The notes: generated from the sequence alone by a model not told the origin. Counted from the stretch's first letter, positions 9,152-19,893 are shown. The stretch: 64,000 nt of DNA from an uncultured Lachnospiraceae bacterium (GCA_965114645.1 CBCOZL010000018.1:1981-65980), one strand, 5' to 3'. Program-made: numbers and translations.

Positions 9152-10339
9152 ATGTTATTAAAAGGGAAACACATTGTTCTCGGTGTGACAGGCAGCATTG
9201 CGGCCTACAAGATCGCATCTCTTGCCAGCATGCTTGTGAAGAAACAGGCGGATGTTACGGTGATTATGACGCCCAACGCCACCAATTTTATCAATCCCAT
9301 CACGTTTGAGTCTCTGACGGGCAACAAGTGTCTCGTAGACACCTTTGACAGGAATTTCCAGTTCCAGGTGGAACATGTGACGCTGGCGAAGCTGGCTGAC
9401 GTTTTCCTCGTGGCGCCGGCTTCCGCCAATGTGATTGCCAAGGCGGCCCACGGGATCGCGGACGATATGCTGACGACTACGCTTCTCGCCTGCCAGTGCC
9501 CGAAGATTTTTGCACCGGCCATGAATACGAGAATGTATGAGAATCCCATTGTGCAGGATAATATGGAGAAGCTTAAGGGGTACGGCATGGAAATGATCAC
9601 GCCCTCCAACGGGTATCTGGCATGCGGTGACACGGGAGCGGGCAAGATGCCGGAGCCGGAGACGCTTTTTGAGGCCATTGTGAAAGCGCTTACGCCAAAG
9701 GATCTGGCTGGGAAAAAGGTGCTGGTAACCGCCGGACCGACACAGGAGAGGATGGATCCTGTGCGCTATATCAGCAACCATTCCACGGGAAAAATGGGAT
9801 ATGCCGTCGCCAGGGCGGCAATGCTTCGCGGGGCAGATGTGACACTTGTGTCAGGCGTGACGGCGCTGCAGCCCCCCGAGGGCGTGAAGGTGGTGCCGGT
9901 GATCTCAGCGGCGGATATGGCGCAGGCGGTCAAGGCGGCAGCTTCGGAACAGGATATCATCGTCAAGGCGGCGGCTGTGGCGGACTACCGTCCGGCGGTG
10001 ACGGCGGATGAGAAGATCAAGAAAAAGGACGGGGAGGTGACCTTATCGCTGGAGCGCACGGAGGATATCCTTGCGTGGCTTGGGGCCAACCGTCTTGAAG
10101 GACAGATTTTGTGCGGCTTTTCTATGGAGACAGAGCATCTGTTAGAAAATTCCCGGGCGAAGCTTGAAAGGAAAAAGATAGATATGATTGTGGCCAATAG
10201 TCTGAAGCAGGCAGGTGCGGGATTTGGCACGGACACAAACGTAGTCACTCTGCTTACGAAACAGGGTACGGAGGAACTGCCGTTACTGTCCAAGGAGGAA
10301 GTGGCGGACAGGCTGCTTGACAGGCTTATGGAGCTGTAA
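9152..10339 (+). CDS. coaBC: Phosphopantothenoylcysteine decarboxylase / phosphopantothenate--cysteine ligase
   Basis: GVTGSIAAYK, PAMNTRM, TAGPTQE.DPVRYISNHSTGKMG and AAVADY motifs. Confidence 0.95.
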   Translation: MLLKGKHIVLGVTGSIAAYKIASLASMLVKKQADVTVIMTPNATNFINPITFESLTGNKCLVDTFDRNFQFQVEHVTLAKLADVFLVAPASANVIAKAAHGIADDMLTTTLLACQCPKIFAPAMNTRMYENPIVQDNMEKLKGYGMEMITPSNGYLACGDTGAGKMPEPETLFEAIVKALTPKDLAGKKVLVTAGPTQERMDPVRYISNHSTGKMGYAVARAAMLRGADVTLVSGVTALQPPEGVKVVPVISAADMAQAVKAAASEQDIIVKAAAVADYRPAVTADEKIKKKDGEVTLSLERTEDILAWLGANRLEGQILCGFSMETEHLLENSRAKLERKKIDMIVANSLKQAGAGFGTDTNVVTLLTKQGTEELPLLSKEEVADRLLDRLMEL

Positions 10340-10424
10340 TACAGATGACAGCAGGAGGCGGTTTGAGAGAGGTGTCTGAGGGAGTGTGATGCCGGGGCTG
10401 AACCGCCGCGAAGGGAGACATAGT

Positions 10425-11753
10425 ATGATTCAGGATCTGACGGAGGGAGAGTCGCAAAGGACTTTAATCAAATACACGCTGCCCATGTTTATCAGCGTGG
10501 TGTTTCAACAGCTTTATAATATGGCGGACAGTATGATAGCCGGAAAGTTTGCGGGGGAGGATGCGCTGGCGGCGGTGGGGGCATCCTACCCGATCACCAT
10601 GATCTTTATGGCGGTGGCGGTCGGGAGCAACATCGGCTGTTCGGTGGTGTTATCCCAGCTTTTCGGCGCTAAGGCGTATGAAAAGGTGCGCACAGCCGTG
10701 ACCACGATTCTGATTACGGGAACGGTCCTCTCGGCGGTTCTGACGGCGGCTGGACTTGTCACGACCCCGGCCATGATGCATATGATACGGACACCCGAAA
10801 ATATTTTTGGGGATGGAGCGCTTTATCTGAAGATTTATATAGGCGGCTTTGTCTTCCTTTTTTTGTATAATGTGACCACAGGCATGTTTAATTCGCTGGG
10901 GGACTCCACAACACCGCTCTATTTTCTGATCGGCTCCTCCCTCGGCAATATCGTGCTGGACTTCGTGTTTGTGGCCGTCTTTTCCTGGGGTGTGGCCGGT
11001 GTGGCATGGGCCACCTTTATCGCCCAGGGCATTGCCTGTGTGCTGGCCCTTGTCACTTTTGCAAAGAGAATGAAAGGGATGGCCTGCGAGGGAAAACCGC
11101 CGCTGTTTTCCCTGGTGCTGCTAAAGAAAATAAGTCTGATCGCGGTGCCGAGCATCCTGCAACAGAGCTTTGTGTCTGTGGGAAATATTTTTATCCAGGG
11201 ACTTGTCAATTCCTACGGCTCTGGCGTGATCGCCGGGTATTCGGCCGCCATCAGACTAAACACCTTTGTCATCACGGGCTTTACCACGCTTGGAAACGGC
11301 GTTTCCGGCTTCACGGCCCAGAATCTGGGAGCGGGCCGGAGGGAACGGATCAGGGAAGGTCTCGGGGCAGGGCTTAAGATGGCGGTGCTTGTGGCGGCGC
11401 CTTTTACTGCGGTCTATTTCTTTTTCGGGCGGGCCATGATGCAGCTCTTTCTGGAAGATACGGGCAGCGGCGCCTTGCAGACGGGTATGACATTCCTTCG
11501 GATTGTGTCTCCCTTTTACTTTTTGATTGCGGTTAAGCTGGTGGCGGACGGCATGCTCCGAGGAGCGGAGCGGATGAGGCAGTTTATGGCAGCCACTTTT
11601 ACAGATTTGATCCTGCGGGTGATCCTCGCCTTTGTATTTTCTGGATTTTTGCAGGAGACGGGCATCTGGCTTTCCTGGCCCGTGGGCTGGATCATTGCGA
11701 CGGTGATGTCCTGGCTTTTCTGCCGGAAGATGCTTGGAAAGAAAAAGGCATAA
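10425..11753 (+). CDS. MATE family efflux transporter
   Basis: FQQLYNMADSMIAGKF..EDALAAVG, LFNSLGDS.TPL; about 12 hydrophobic segments. Confidence 0.9.
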   Translation: MIQDLTEGESQRTLIKYTLPMFISVVFQQLYNMADSMIAGKFAGEDALAAVGASYPITMIFMAVAVGSNIGCSVVLSQLFGAKAYEKVRTAVTTILITGTVLSAVLTAAGLVTTPAMMHMIRTPENIFGDGALYLKIYIGGFVFLFLYNVTTGMFNSLGDSTTPLYFLIGSSLGNIVLDFVFVAVFSWGVAGVAWATFIAQGIACVLALVTFAKRMKGMACEGKPPLFSLVLLKKISLIAVPSILQQSFVSVGNIFIQGLVNSYGSGVIAGYSAAIRLNTFVITGFTTLGNGVSGFTAQNLGAGRRERIREGLGAGLKMAVLVAAPFTAVYFFFGRAMMQLFLEDTGSGALQTGMTFLRIVSPFYFLIAVKLVADGMLRGAERMRQFMAATFTDLILRVILAFVFSGFLQETGIWLSWPVGWIIATVMSWLFCRKMLGKKKA

Positions 11754-11797
11754 TCCGATAGGATTCTGCGCAATATGTTTGGAGAGAGGAAAAATCT

Positions 11798-12346
11798 ATG
11801 AGAATCGGAATGGGATATGATGTGCACAGGCTGACAGAAGACAGAAAATGTATCATCGGCGGGGTGGAAATCCCCTATGAAAAGGGGCTTCTTGGCCACT
11901 CTGACGCGGATGTGCTGCTTCACGCCGTGATGGATGCGCTTCTGGGAGCGGCGGCACTGGGGGATATCGGGAAGCATTTCCCGGACACCGATCCTGCTTA
12001 CAGGGGCATTTCTTCCATGAAACTTTTAGAGCATGTGGCGGCGCTCCTTAATGAAAACCTGTTTCTTGTGGAAAACATTGATGCAACGATTATCGCGCAG
12101 GCGCCTAAGATGCGGCCCCATATCGACCAGATGCGGGAGAACATTGCGAAAGCCCTCGGCATAGAGGCGTCACAGGTGAATGTGAAAGCCACCACCGAGG
12201 AGGGACTCGGATTTACGGGGAGCGGCGAGGGCATATCTGCCCAGGCCATATGCCTGCTCACAAGCCCAAGGGAGCTTTACAGCGAGGATGTGTCGAAGAA
12301 CTGCGGCACATGCGGGGGCTGCCCGCACAGCGGAGCGGGGAAATAG
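11798..12346 (+). CDS. ispF: 2-C-methyl-D-erythritol 2,4-cyclodiphosphate synthase
   Basis: [32 protein letters not shown]. Confidence 0.95.
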   Translation: MRIGMGYDVHRLTEDRKCIIGGVEIPYEKGLLGHSDADVLLHAVMDALLGAAALGDIGKHFPDTDPAYRGISSMKLLEHVAALLNENLFLVENIDATIIAQAPKMRPHIDQMRENIAKALGIEASQVNVKATTEEGLGFTGSGEGISAQAICLLTSPRELYSEDVSKNCGTCGGCPHSGAGK

Positions 12347-12388
12347 GGAGAGACCGCCCGGTTTCCCAGAACAAGGCAGAGCTGTCTG

Positions 12389-13003
12389 TCATTTCATCGC
12401 CCTTCGGAGTTTCGACTTGATCCTCTGGAGGGCGTTGTCTGTGGATTTGTCGTCCCGTCCCAGCACTTTTGCGATCTGCTGGTATCCCATGCCTGTCAGA
12501 TACAGGTCAAGCACCTGCTTTTCAAAATTGCTCAGTTCCCGTTCGATTAGCATTTCCAGCCGGTCTACATTTTCTTTGTCGATGACCATCTCCTCAGGGT
12601 TTAAGCCGGAATCGGAAGCCAGCACATTGACAAGCGCTTCCTCCTCGCCGTCGTGTCCCTCGGAGACATTTCCATAGAGGGAGATGTAATTGTTCAAGGG
12701 AATGTGTTTCTGCCTTCTGGAGGCCTGCACTGCCGTATACATTTGTCTGGAGACACACAGGTCCGCAAAGGTGAAAAAACTGGCATCGCGGCCGCTGTCG
12801 TAGTCGCGGATCGCCTTAAACAGCCCGATCATGCCTTCCTGGATCAGATCCTCGCTGTCTGCGCCGAGGATGTACATGGACTTGGCCTTGCTTCTCACCA
12901 GATTTTTATACTTATTCATAATGTGGTCTGTGATTCCCGGCTCGCCGTCCCGCAGGCGGATCAGCAGCTCCTCATCGCTGTAGTTCGTATAGTCTTCCCG
13001 CAT
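12389..13003 (-). CDS. sigH: RNA polymerase sigma factor SigH
   Basis: YKNLVRSKAKSMYILGAD.EDLIQEGMIGLFKAIRDY...QKHIPLNNYISL...DNALQRIK. Confidence 0.9.
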   Translation of the reverse strand: MREDYTNYSDEELLIRLRDGEPGITDHIMNKYKNLVRSKAKSMYILGADSEDLIQEGMIGLFKAIRDYDSGRDASFFTFADLCVSRQMYTAVQASRRQKHIPLNNYISLYGNVSEGHDGEEEALVNVLASDSGLNPEEMVIDKENVDRLEMLIERELSNFEKQVLDLYLTGMGYQQIAKVLGRDDKSTDNALQRIKSKLRRAMK

Positions 13004-13093
13004 CGCTTTTCCCCTGGATTTAGAAAAATGATTTGTTTTCGTGTAAAATTATGATAACATAAAAACAGAAAATAAAACAGAGGGGGTTACATT

Positions 13094-14311
13094 ATGCAGC
13101 AAAAGAAAAAGCTTTCACTTGCCACGCAGATTTTTATTGCGCTGGTGCTGGCGATTGTTGTGGGTCTTCTGATGGGAGACTATTACGATTTTGCCAACGC
13201 GTACATCAAGCCGTTCGGAACGATCTTTTTAAATCTGATCAAGTTTATCGTGGTGCCGATTGTGCTGTTTTCCATCATGTGCGGCATCATTTCCATGAAA
13301 GATGTGAGAAAGGTAGGATCCATCGGCCTTAAGACGGTGGCCTACTATATGTGCACCACGGCGGTGGCCATTGTGATCGGCCTGGTTGGCGGCAATCTGT
13401 TCAAGGGAATGTTTCCGGCCATTGCAACCACAGACCTGGCCTATGAGGCGGCCGAATCCACGTCTCTGATGGAGACGGTGGTCAATATCTTTCCCTCCAA
13501 TTTCATTTCGCCTATGGTCAACGCCAACATGCTCCAGATTATTGTGATGGCGCTTTTGATCGGTTTTGCCATTGTCTCGGTGGGGGAGAAGAACGTGACG
13601 GTGGTCAACGCCTTCAACGATCTGAATGAAATCTTTATGAAGTGCATGGAGATGATCTTAAAACTTTCGCCTGTCGGCGTATTCTGTCTGTTGTGTCCCG
13701 TGATTGCGGAGAACGGGCCAGCCATCATCGGCTCTCTGGCGATGGTGCTTTTGACGGCGTATATCTGTTATTTTGTGCATGCGCTGGTGGTATACTCCCT
13801 CACGGTGGGAACGCTGGGCGGCTTAAGCCCGGTGAAATTTTTTAAGGGCATGATGCCGGCGATCCTGTTTGCCTTTTCCAGCGCCTCCTCCGTGGGAACG
13901 CTGCCGCTGAATATGGAATGCACGCAGAAGCTGGGCGCTTCCAGGGAAGTTTCCTCCTTTGTGCTGCCGCTTGGCGCAACCATCAACATGGACGGAACGG
14001 CGATTTATCAGGGGGTGTGCGCGATCTTTATCGCGGCCTGCTACGGCATCGAACTGACCCTGCCCCAGATGCTTACCATCGTGCTGACGGCTACGCTCGC
14101 TTCCATCGGCACGGCCGGCGTACCGGGAGCGGGCATGGTGATGCTCGCGATGGTGCTGACCTCGGTAGGGCTTCCCGTGGACGGCATCGCGCTGGTGGCA
14201 GGCGTGGACAGGATCTTCGATATGGGACGCACCACGGTCAACATCACGGGCGACGCGTGCTGCAGCATTATTGTATCTAATATGGAAAAAAAGCGTGAGG
14301 CCGGCAGATAG
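13094..14311 (+). CDS. Dicarboxylate/amino acid:cation (DAACS) symporter
   Basis: FSSASSVGTLP, LGATINMDGTA, SIGTAGVPG and DRIFDMGRT motifs. Confidence 0.92.
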   Translation: MQQKKKLSLATQIFIALVLAIVVGLLMGDYYDFANAYIKPFGTIFLNLIKFIVVPIVLFSIMCGIISMKDVRKVGSIGLKTVAYYMCTTAVAIVIGLVGGNLFKGMFPAIATTDLAYEAAESTSLMETVVNIFPSNFISPMVNANMLQIIVMALLIGFAIVSVGEKNVTVVNAFNDLNEIFMKCMEMILKLSPVGVFCLLCPVIAENGPAIIGSLAMVLLTAYICYFVHALVVYSLTVGTLGGLSPVKFFKGMMPAILFAFSSASSVGTLPLNMECTQKLGASREVSSFVLPLGATINMDGTAIYQGVCAIFIAACYGIELTLPQMLTIVLTATLASIGTAGVPGAGMVMLAMVLTSVGLPVDGIALVAGVDRIFDMGRTTVNITGDACCSIIVSNMEKKREAGR

Positions 14312-14405
14312 CCAAAGTCCTCTGTATGTGTGATGAATATGACACAAGAGTCAGAAAAAGCAGAATATCGCAAGTTCTTATATCAAATAATCTCCGGCGG
14401 CTGTT

Positions 14406-15158
14406 TCAGCTCCCGGAGATTATTTTGATAAAAAGAAGAAGCAGTACCAGAATAATGACAGGGCGGACAACCTTGCTGCCGTTTTTCATCACAAGCCCGG
14501 AGCCGATATAGTGGCCCAGAAGGCAGAAGACGGCTCCTGCCAGTCCGTAGGCGATGTGGATGTAACCGCTGAAGAGAAAGGTGGCCAGGGCGGCCGCGTT
14601 GGAAGACAGATTAATCAGTTTCACATTGCCGGAGGCGGTGCGGATGTCCATGCGCGCCGCTTTGGTTAGGGCCAGCAGGAGAAAAGTGCCTGTGCCAGGC
14701 CCGTAGAAACCGTCATAGACGCCGATGATCAGGGCGCTGATACATACAATCAGCATACGGCGGGAAGCCGGAAAGGATTCGTCATATGCCGGCTTCTTTT
14801 TGTCTAAAAGAACAACGGCGGCAACCACGGGCAGGACAATGAGCATCATCCGTTTCAGAATCACATCGCTTGTGAGCAGGACGAGCCGTGCCCCCAGAAA
14901 GGAACCGATGAGCGCACACAGGATACCGGGAAGAGCCAGCCGCTTTTCATAACAGCCGTTTTTGCAATAGCGGGCGGTGGAAACCGAGGTGCCGGTAGTG
15001 GATGCCAGCTTGTTGGTGGCTACCGCCGCGTGGGGAGAAAGTCCGGCCAGCATAAAAGCAGGCAGGGAAATGAGCCCGCCTCCGCCGCCGATGGAATCCA
15101 CCAGTCCGGCGAGGAAATTTAAGGGGCAGATAATCAGAAAAGAAAGCAGACTGTTCAT
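14406..15158 (-). CDS. Sulfite exporter TauE/SafE (TSUP) family membrane protein
   Basis: AGLVDSIGGGGGLISLP and GVYDGFYGPGTGTF motifs. Confidence 0.88.
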   Translation of the reverse strand: MNSLLSFLIICPLNFLAGLVDSIGGGGGLISLPAFMLAGLSPHAAVATNKLASTTGTSVSTARYCKNGCYEKRLALPGILCALIGSFLGARLVLLTSDVILKRMMLIVLPVVAAVVLLDKKKPAYDESFPASRRMLIVCISALIIGVYDGFYGPGTGTFLLLALTKAARMDIRTASGNVKLINLSSNAAALATFLFSGYIHIAYGLAGAVFCLLGHYIGSGLVMKNGSKVVRPVIILVLLLLFIKIISGS

Positions 15159-15194
15159 GGGGATGTCCTTCCTTTATTGATAAAAATTCAAAAG

Positions 15195-15224
15195 AAAAAA
15201 CCCCGCCGTAAACTGACGGGGTTT
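15195..15224 (-). terminator. Terminator after tRNA-Thr
   Basis: Minus strand AAACCCCG...CGGGGTTTTTT. Confidence 0.75.
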
Positions 15225-15228
15225 AGGA

Positions 15229-15301
15229 AGCTGCTGACGGGAATCGGACCCGTGACCTCCGCACTACCAATGCGACGCTCTACCGACTGAGCCACAGCAG
15301 C
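15229..15301 (-). tRNA. tRNA-Thr(GGT)
   Basis: GCTGCTG/CAGCAGC acceptor stem, anticodon loop TTGGTAG, GGTCCGATTCC T-arm; no encoded CCA. Confidence 0.95.
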
Positions 15302-15573
15302 CTGATGAAAAGGATGTTCCTTTTGTCACCGTGTTATAGTCTATCAAAAAGGAATAGACTTGTCAATACTTAAAATGCACGGATTTTTTGGCGGGTTTTG
15401 TCAATTATTACAAATGAATGAGATGTTTTTTTGGATTCATTTAGCAATAATTGTTTAACCGAGAGCAAGAAGTGTAAAGAATAAACAAATATAACTGAAT
15501 AAAATAAAGGTACGCTATCAAAATACACAAGATAGTGGCACAAAAAACGTGTAAAAGAAAAGGAGGATGAAAG

Positions 15574-17019
15574 ATGAAAAAGTTTTTGGCATGTATGCTG
15601 TGCGGCTGTATGGCAGCATCTCTTCTGACAGGCTGCGGCGGCGGTGACAGCAGCAACGCACCGGCGGCAGATTCGGGTGACAGCGGGGCGGCGGAAGCGC
15701 CGGCAGCAGACGCGGGTGATTCCGAAAGCGAGGCGCCGGCAGCGGACGCAGGTACGTCCGGCGGCGGTTCCGATACGATCAATGTTTGGGCGTTCACAGA
15801 CGAGGTTCCCGGCATGATTGAGAAGTATATCGAGGCGCATCCAGAATTTGGTTACAAGATTAACACCACAATTATTGCAACCACAGACGGCGCTTACCAG
15901 CCCGCTCTTGACCAGGCGCTGGCAGCAGGCGGTGCGGAAGCTCCCGACCTCTACTGCGCTGAGGCGGCATTCGTTTTGAAGTATACGCAGGGCGATGCAA
16001 GCCAGTATGCGATGCCTTACGCGGATATGGGCATTGATGTGGATGCGAAGTTAAAGGAAGCGGATATCGCGCAGTACACGGTTGATATCGGAACCAACCC
16101 CGACGGACAGCTGGTAGGTCTCGGCTATCAGGCAACGGGCGGCGCATTTATTTACCGTCGTTCCATCGCTAAGGACGTATGGGGTACAGATGATCCGGCT
16201 GAGATCGAGAAGAAGATCGGCCCCGGCTGGGATCAGTTCTTTACGGCAGCGGAAGATCTGAAGGCAAAGGGTTACGGCATTGTATCCGGCGACGGCGATA
16301 TGTGGCATGCAGTTGAGAACAGTTCCGATCAGGGATGGATCGTTGACGGCAAGCTCACCATCGATCCGAAGCGTGAAGAGTTCCTTGACCTCTCCAAGAA
16401 GTTAAAGGATAATGGTTACCACAATGATACACAGGACTGGCAGGATGCATGGTTTGCTGATATGAAGGGTGAAGGCGAGAAGGGTATCTTCGGTTTCTTC
16501 GGCCCCGCATGGCTGATCAACTACACCATGGCTCCTAACTGCGGCGGCGCAGCCGTAGGCGAAGGTACATACGGCGACTGGGCAGTCTGCACGCCTCCCA
16601 TCGGTTTCTTCTGGGGCGGCACATGGATTCTTGCAAACAAGGACAGTCAGAAAGCGGAAGCTGTCGGCAAGATCATCGAGTGGATTACGCTGGACAGCTC
16701 GGAGGAAGGTCTGCAGTACAAGTGGGCGAACGGCACACTGAACGGTGAGGGCGGCACGAAGGACGCGGTTGCAAGCGGCACGGTTATGTCCAAGTCCGAC
16801 GGTTCCATTGATTTCCTTGGCGGACAGAACATGTTTGATGCATTCGTTCCTGCGAACCAGTATGCGAAGGGTACCAACCTGACACAGTACGACGAGACCA
16901 TCAACCAGTACTGGAGAGACCAGACTCGTGAGTATACATCAGGCAACAAGTCCCGTGAGCAGGCAATCGCTGACTTCAAGCAGCAGGTAGCGGACAATCT
17001 GGATGTTATCGTAGAGTAA
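15574..17019 (+). CDS. Carbohydrate ABC transporter substrate-binding lipoprotein
   Basis: Lipobox LLTGC, Ala/Asp-rich linker, sugar-binding-protein-like body; followed by two permeases. Confidence 0.9.
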   Translation: MKKFLACMLCGCMAASLLTGCGGGDSSNAPAADSGDSGAAEAPAADAGDSESEAPAADAGTSGGGSDTINVWAFTDEVPGMIEKYIEAHPEFGYKINTTIIATTDGAYQPALDQALAAGGAEAPDLYCAEAAFVLKYTQGDASQYAMPYADMGIDVDAKLKEADIAQYTVDIGTNPDGQLVGLGYQATGGAFIYRRSIAKDVWGTDDPAEIEKKIGPGWDQFFTAAEDLKAKGYGIVSGDGDMWHAVENSSDQGWIVDGKLTIDPKREEFLDLSKKLKDNGYHNDTQDWQDAWFADMKGEGEKGIFGFFGPAWLINYTMAPNCGGAAVGEGTYGDWAVCTPPIGFFWGGTWILANKDSQKAEAVGKIIEWITLDSSEEGLQYKWANGTLNGEGGTKDAVASGTVMSKSDGSIDFLGGQNMFDAFVPANQYAKGTNLTQYDETINQYWRDQTREYTSGNKSREQAIADFKQQVADNLDVIVE

Positions 17020-17057
17020 GTTACAGACACACAGAGTAATCATAATAACTGTTATGG

Positions 17058-17085
17058 CAGGGCGGACACATTAGCGTCCGCCCTG
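17058..17085 (+). promoter_or_regulatory. Intra-operon stem-loop after the binding-protein gene (likely mRNA stabiliser or partial terminator)
   Basis: CAGGGCGGAC-N8-GTCCGCCCTG, without a U-tract. Confidence 0.6.
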
Positions 17086-17106
17086 TTGAAATGAAGGGTA
17101 ATAAAA

Positions 17107-18126
17107 ATGATTGCGGGAAGGTGGGGAAGGATGAAAAGTAAGAAACCGGGTTATGACAGATATGCGAAATACGGCTATCTATTTAGTATTCCGTTTGTGA
17201 TCGCATTTTTATTGTTTTCGTTATATCCGACCGTGTATACGGCGGTGATCGGATTTACCGATCTGAAGGGTCTGGGGAAGACGGATATTCATTTCCTGAC
17301 AGACGACCTTTTCAGAAACTTTAAAACGGTATTGTCGAGTCCGTCATTTCAGCTGGCGTTCCGAAATACGGTAGTCATATGGCTGGCGAATTTTATTCCG
17401 CAGATGTTACTCGCTCTTCTGTTAGCGGCGTGGTTTACAGATAAGAGGAGCAAGGTAAAGGGACAGGGTGCGTTTAAGGTACTGCTCTATATGCCAAATA
17501 TCATTACGGCGGCGACAATCGCTATCCTGTTCAGCGGATTTTTCGGGTATCCGATGGGGCCGATCAACGATCTGCTCGTGCGGTTCGGATTCATCGATGC
17601 GCCTATAGAATTATTGAGGAGTAAAACTGTGGCGAGAGGCGTTGTGATCTTTATCCAGACTTGGATGTGGTACGGTTCCACCATGATTACGCTGATCTCA
17701 GGCATTCTGGGAATCAGCCCGGAAATATTTGAGTCGGCGGAGGTGGACGGCGCGAACCGTGTACAGACCTTCTTCTATATTACAATGCCCAACATTAAGA
17801 CCATTCTCCTATTTACGCTTGTTACGAGTCTGATCGGCGGTCTGAATATGTTCGATATCCCGAGACTGTTCCAGGACGGCAAGCCGGACGATGCGACACT
17901 GACAACCAGCCTGTTCATCTACAAACAGGCATTCAGCGGAAGTTATATGTACAACAGGGCGGCAGCGGCGAGCATGGTTATGTTCCTGATCATCGCGGTT
18001 CTCGCTGCAATGATGTTCTTTGTTATGCGGGATAAGGATGAAGCGCAGCTGAATAAGCAGATCAGGCAGCAGCAGAAGGCTTACGCGAGAAAAATGAAAG
18101 CCGGAAAGGAGAATGCATCATGTTAA
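17107..18126 (+). CDS. Carbohydrate ABC transporter permease
   Basis: EAA-like loop FESAEVDGAN.VQTFFYITMP; the true start may be ATG 17131. Confidence 0.9.
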   Translation: MIAGRWGRMKSKKPGYDRYAKYGYLFSIPFVIAFLLFSLYPTVYTAVIGFTDLKGLGKTDIHFLTDDLFRNFKTVLSSPSFQLAFRNTVVIWLANFIPQMLLALLLAAWFTDKRSKVKGQGAFKVLLYMPNIITAATIAILFSGFFGYPMGPINDLLVRFGFIDAPIELLRSKTVARGVVIFIQTWMWYGSTMITLISGILGISPEIFESAEVDGANRVQTFFYITMPNIKTILLFTLVTSLIGGLNMFDIPRLFQDGKPDDATLTTSLFIYKQAFSGSYMYNRAAAASMVMFLIIAVLAAMMFFVMRDKDEAQLNKQIRQQQKAYARKMKAGKENASC

Positions 18127-18962
18127 AGAATAAAGAAAATCGTGTAATGAAGATTGTGATATATGTGGTATGCATCTTTCTGGCAGTTTTAAGTGTTCTG
18201 CCTTTCTGGATTATGATTGTGAATGCGACCAGATCCACGACGGAGATACAGCAGCATGCAATCTCGCTGATTCCGTCCTCCTATATGATGAACAACATTA
18301 GGATCCTGCTCGGCAAGAGCTTTAACCCGGCAGTCGGTTTTGCCAATTCGCTGATCATTTCCATAGGAGCGACCGCGCTGGCGATCTACTTTTCCTCGCT
18401 GACGGCATATGCGCAGGTGGCTTACAACTGGAAACTGAGGAACGCGTTTTTCAGTTTTATCATGGTAGTTATGATGATTCCGGCACAGGTGACGATGATT
18501 GGTTTCTATCAGATGGTTTATAAGATACATATGACGAACAGACTGTCCATGCTGATTTTACCGGCGATCGCATCGCCAACGATGGTGTTCTTTATGAGAC
18601 AGTATTTACAGCCCACACTGTCTATGGAGATTGTACAGTCTGCCAGAATTGATGGTGCGAAAGAGTTTATGATCTTTAACAGGATTGTGCTGCCCATTAT
18701 GAAACCGGCCATTGCTACGCAGGCGATCTTCAGTTTCGTTGCGAGCTGGAACAACCTGTTTACGCCGCTCGTACTGCTGACGGATCAGAAGAAATATACC
18801 ATGCCTATCATGGTCAGCCTGCTGAAGGGCGATATCTATAAAACCGAGTACGGCTCTGTCTATATGGGACTGACATTGACAGTGTTACCTCTTATTGTGG
18901 TATATCTGCTCCTGTCCAAGTATATCATAGCAGGTGTGGCGCTCGGCGGCGTCAAAGGATAA
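18120..18962 (+). CDS. Carbohydrate ABC transporter permease
   Basis: IVQSARIDGAKEF.IF.RIVLPI and FVASWNNLF motifs. Confidence 0.9.
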   Translation: MLKNKENRVMKIVIYVVCIFLAVLSVLPFWIMIVNATRSTTEIQQHAISLIPSSYMMNNIRILLGKSFNPAVGFANSLIISIGATALAIYFSSLTAYAQVAYNWKLRNAFFSFIMVVMMIPAQVTMIGFYQMVYKIHMTNRLSMLILPAIASPTMVFFMRQYLQPTLSMEIVQSARIDGAKEFMIFNRIVLPIMKPAIATQAIFSFVASWNNLFTPLVLLTDQKKYTMPIMVSLLKGDIYKTEYGSVYMGLTLTVLPLIVVYLLLSKYIIAGVALGGVKG

Positions 18963-18963
18963 G

Positions 18964-19893
18964 TTACACTTCTTCGTGGCGCAGTTTATTGCGGTATTCC
19001 GTGGGAGAACAGTTTGTGTATTTGCTGAAACAGCGGTTGAAGGTCGTCAGATTGTTGAAACCGCTGCAAAAAGCGATATCCGTAATGGGACGGTTTCTGT
19101 CTGCGGTGAGCAATGACTGCGCCGCCTGGATCCTCTTGTAGCACAGATAGTTGTGAAACGTGGTATTGGTGTGCTGTTTAAAGAGGCGGGTAAAATGGTA
19201 TTTGGAAAAGCCGATATACTCCGCCGCCTGCTCCAGTGTCAGGTCGTCCGCGTAGTGGGTGTCGATAAAGTTGAGCAGGTTGGCGAAAAGAGCGTAGTTT
19301 TCCGACTGTTTGTCGGAGGTGTCTTCCACGCTCTTGTCCGAGTTCTTGAGGTAGTGGTCTGCGCCTATGGTGGCAAAAAGTTCCAGCAGCACGGAGTATA
19401 TGGAGATTTCCCAGAAAACCTGATGGGAGAAATAGAGATCGGCCATCCGCATCAGGGAGTCATAAACCTGCCGGTAAATATCAGGGCGCAGAGCGGCTGT
19501 GCACAGATACGGTTCGATGAAAGCCGGGTTCAGCGCCTTGTAGTCCTGAAAGCAGTGCAGCATGTCAACATCTATGAGATAAATAAAACGAGAGCCGGAC
19601 GGCTCGCTGTGCAGCTCGTGCAGCATATAGGGGGGAATAATCAAAATGTCTCCCGGCTTCAGCGTGTAAGTGCTGTTCTTGGTGGTAATGATATATTGAT
19701 TTTCCGCGCAGACAATGATTTCCATTGCATTGTGGTAATGATTCGCATAGCCTTCGGGCTGGGTATTGTACCAGATGCGCAGGTGGGATTCGGCGATATA
19801 GTCAACATACTCCCGCGAACCGCTTACCGACCGTTCTTTTGAGGTCTGGTTCAGACTGCTCGAAATTGAGGGGGGGGGGGTAAAGTTTTTCAT
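18964..19893 (-). CDS. AraC family regulator with N-terminal cupin domain
   Basis: HYHNAMEI cupin motif; C-terminal TDIAFCSGFNNLTTFNRCFSKY..CSPTEYR. Confidence 0.92.
   Translation of the reverse strand: MKNFTPPPSISSSLNQTSKERSVSGSREYVDYIAESHLRIWYNTQPEGYANHYHNAMEIIVCAENQYIITTKNSTYTLKPGDILIIPPYMLHELHSEPSGSRFIYLIDVDMLHCFQDYKALNPAFIEPYLCTAALRPDIYRQVYDSLMRMADLYFSHQVFWEISIYSVLLELFATIGADHYLKNSDKSVEDTSDKQSENYALFANLLNFIDTHYADDLTLEQAAEYIGFSKYHFTRLFKQHTNTTFHNYLCYKRIQAAQSLLTADRNRPITDIAFCSGFNNLTTFNRCFSKYTNCSPTEYRNKLRHEEV
19870..19880 (-). repeat. C11 homopolymer in codons 5-8 of the AraC gene
   Basis: Eleven G on the + strand, encoding TPPP just after the start. Confidence 0.85.

Noticed and set aside
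15229-15301. Integrated element at tRNA-Thr or at tRNA-Gly (49805-49875)
   Set aside because: No duplicated tRNA 3' end, integrase or compositional shift beside either tRNA.
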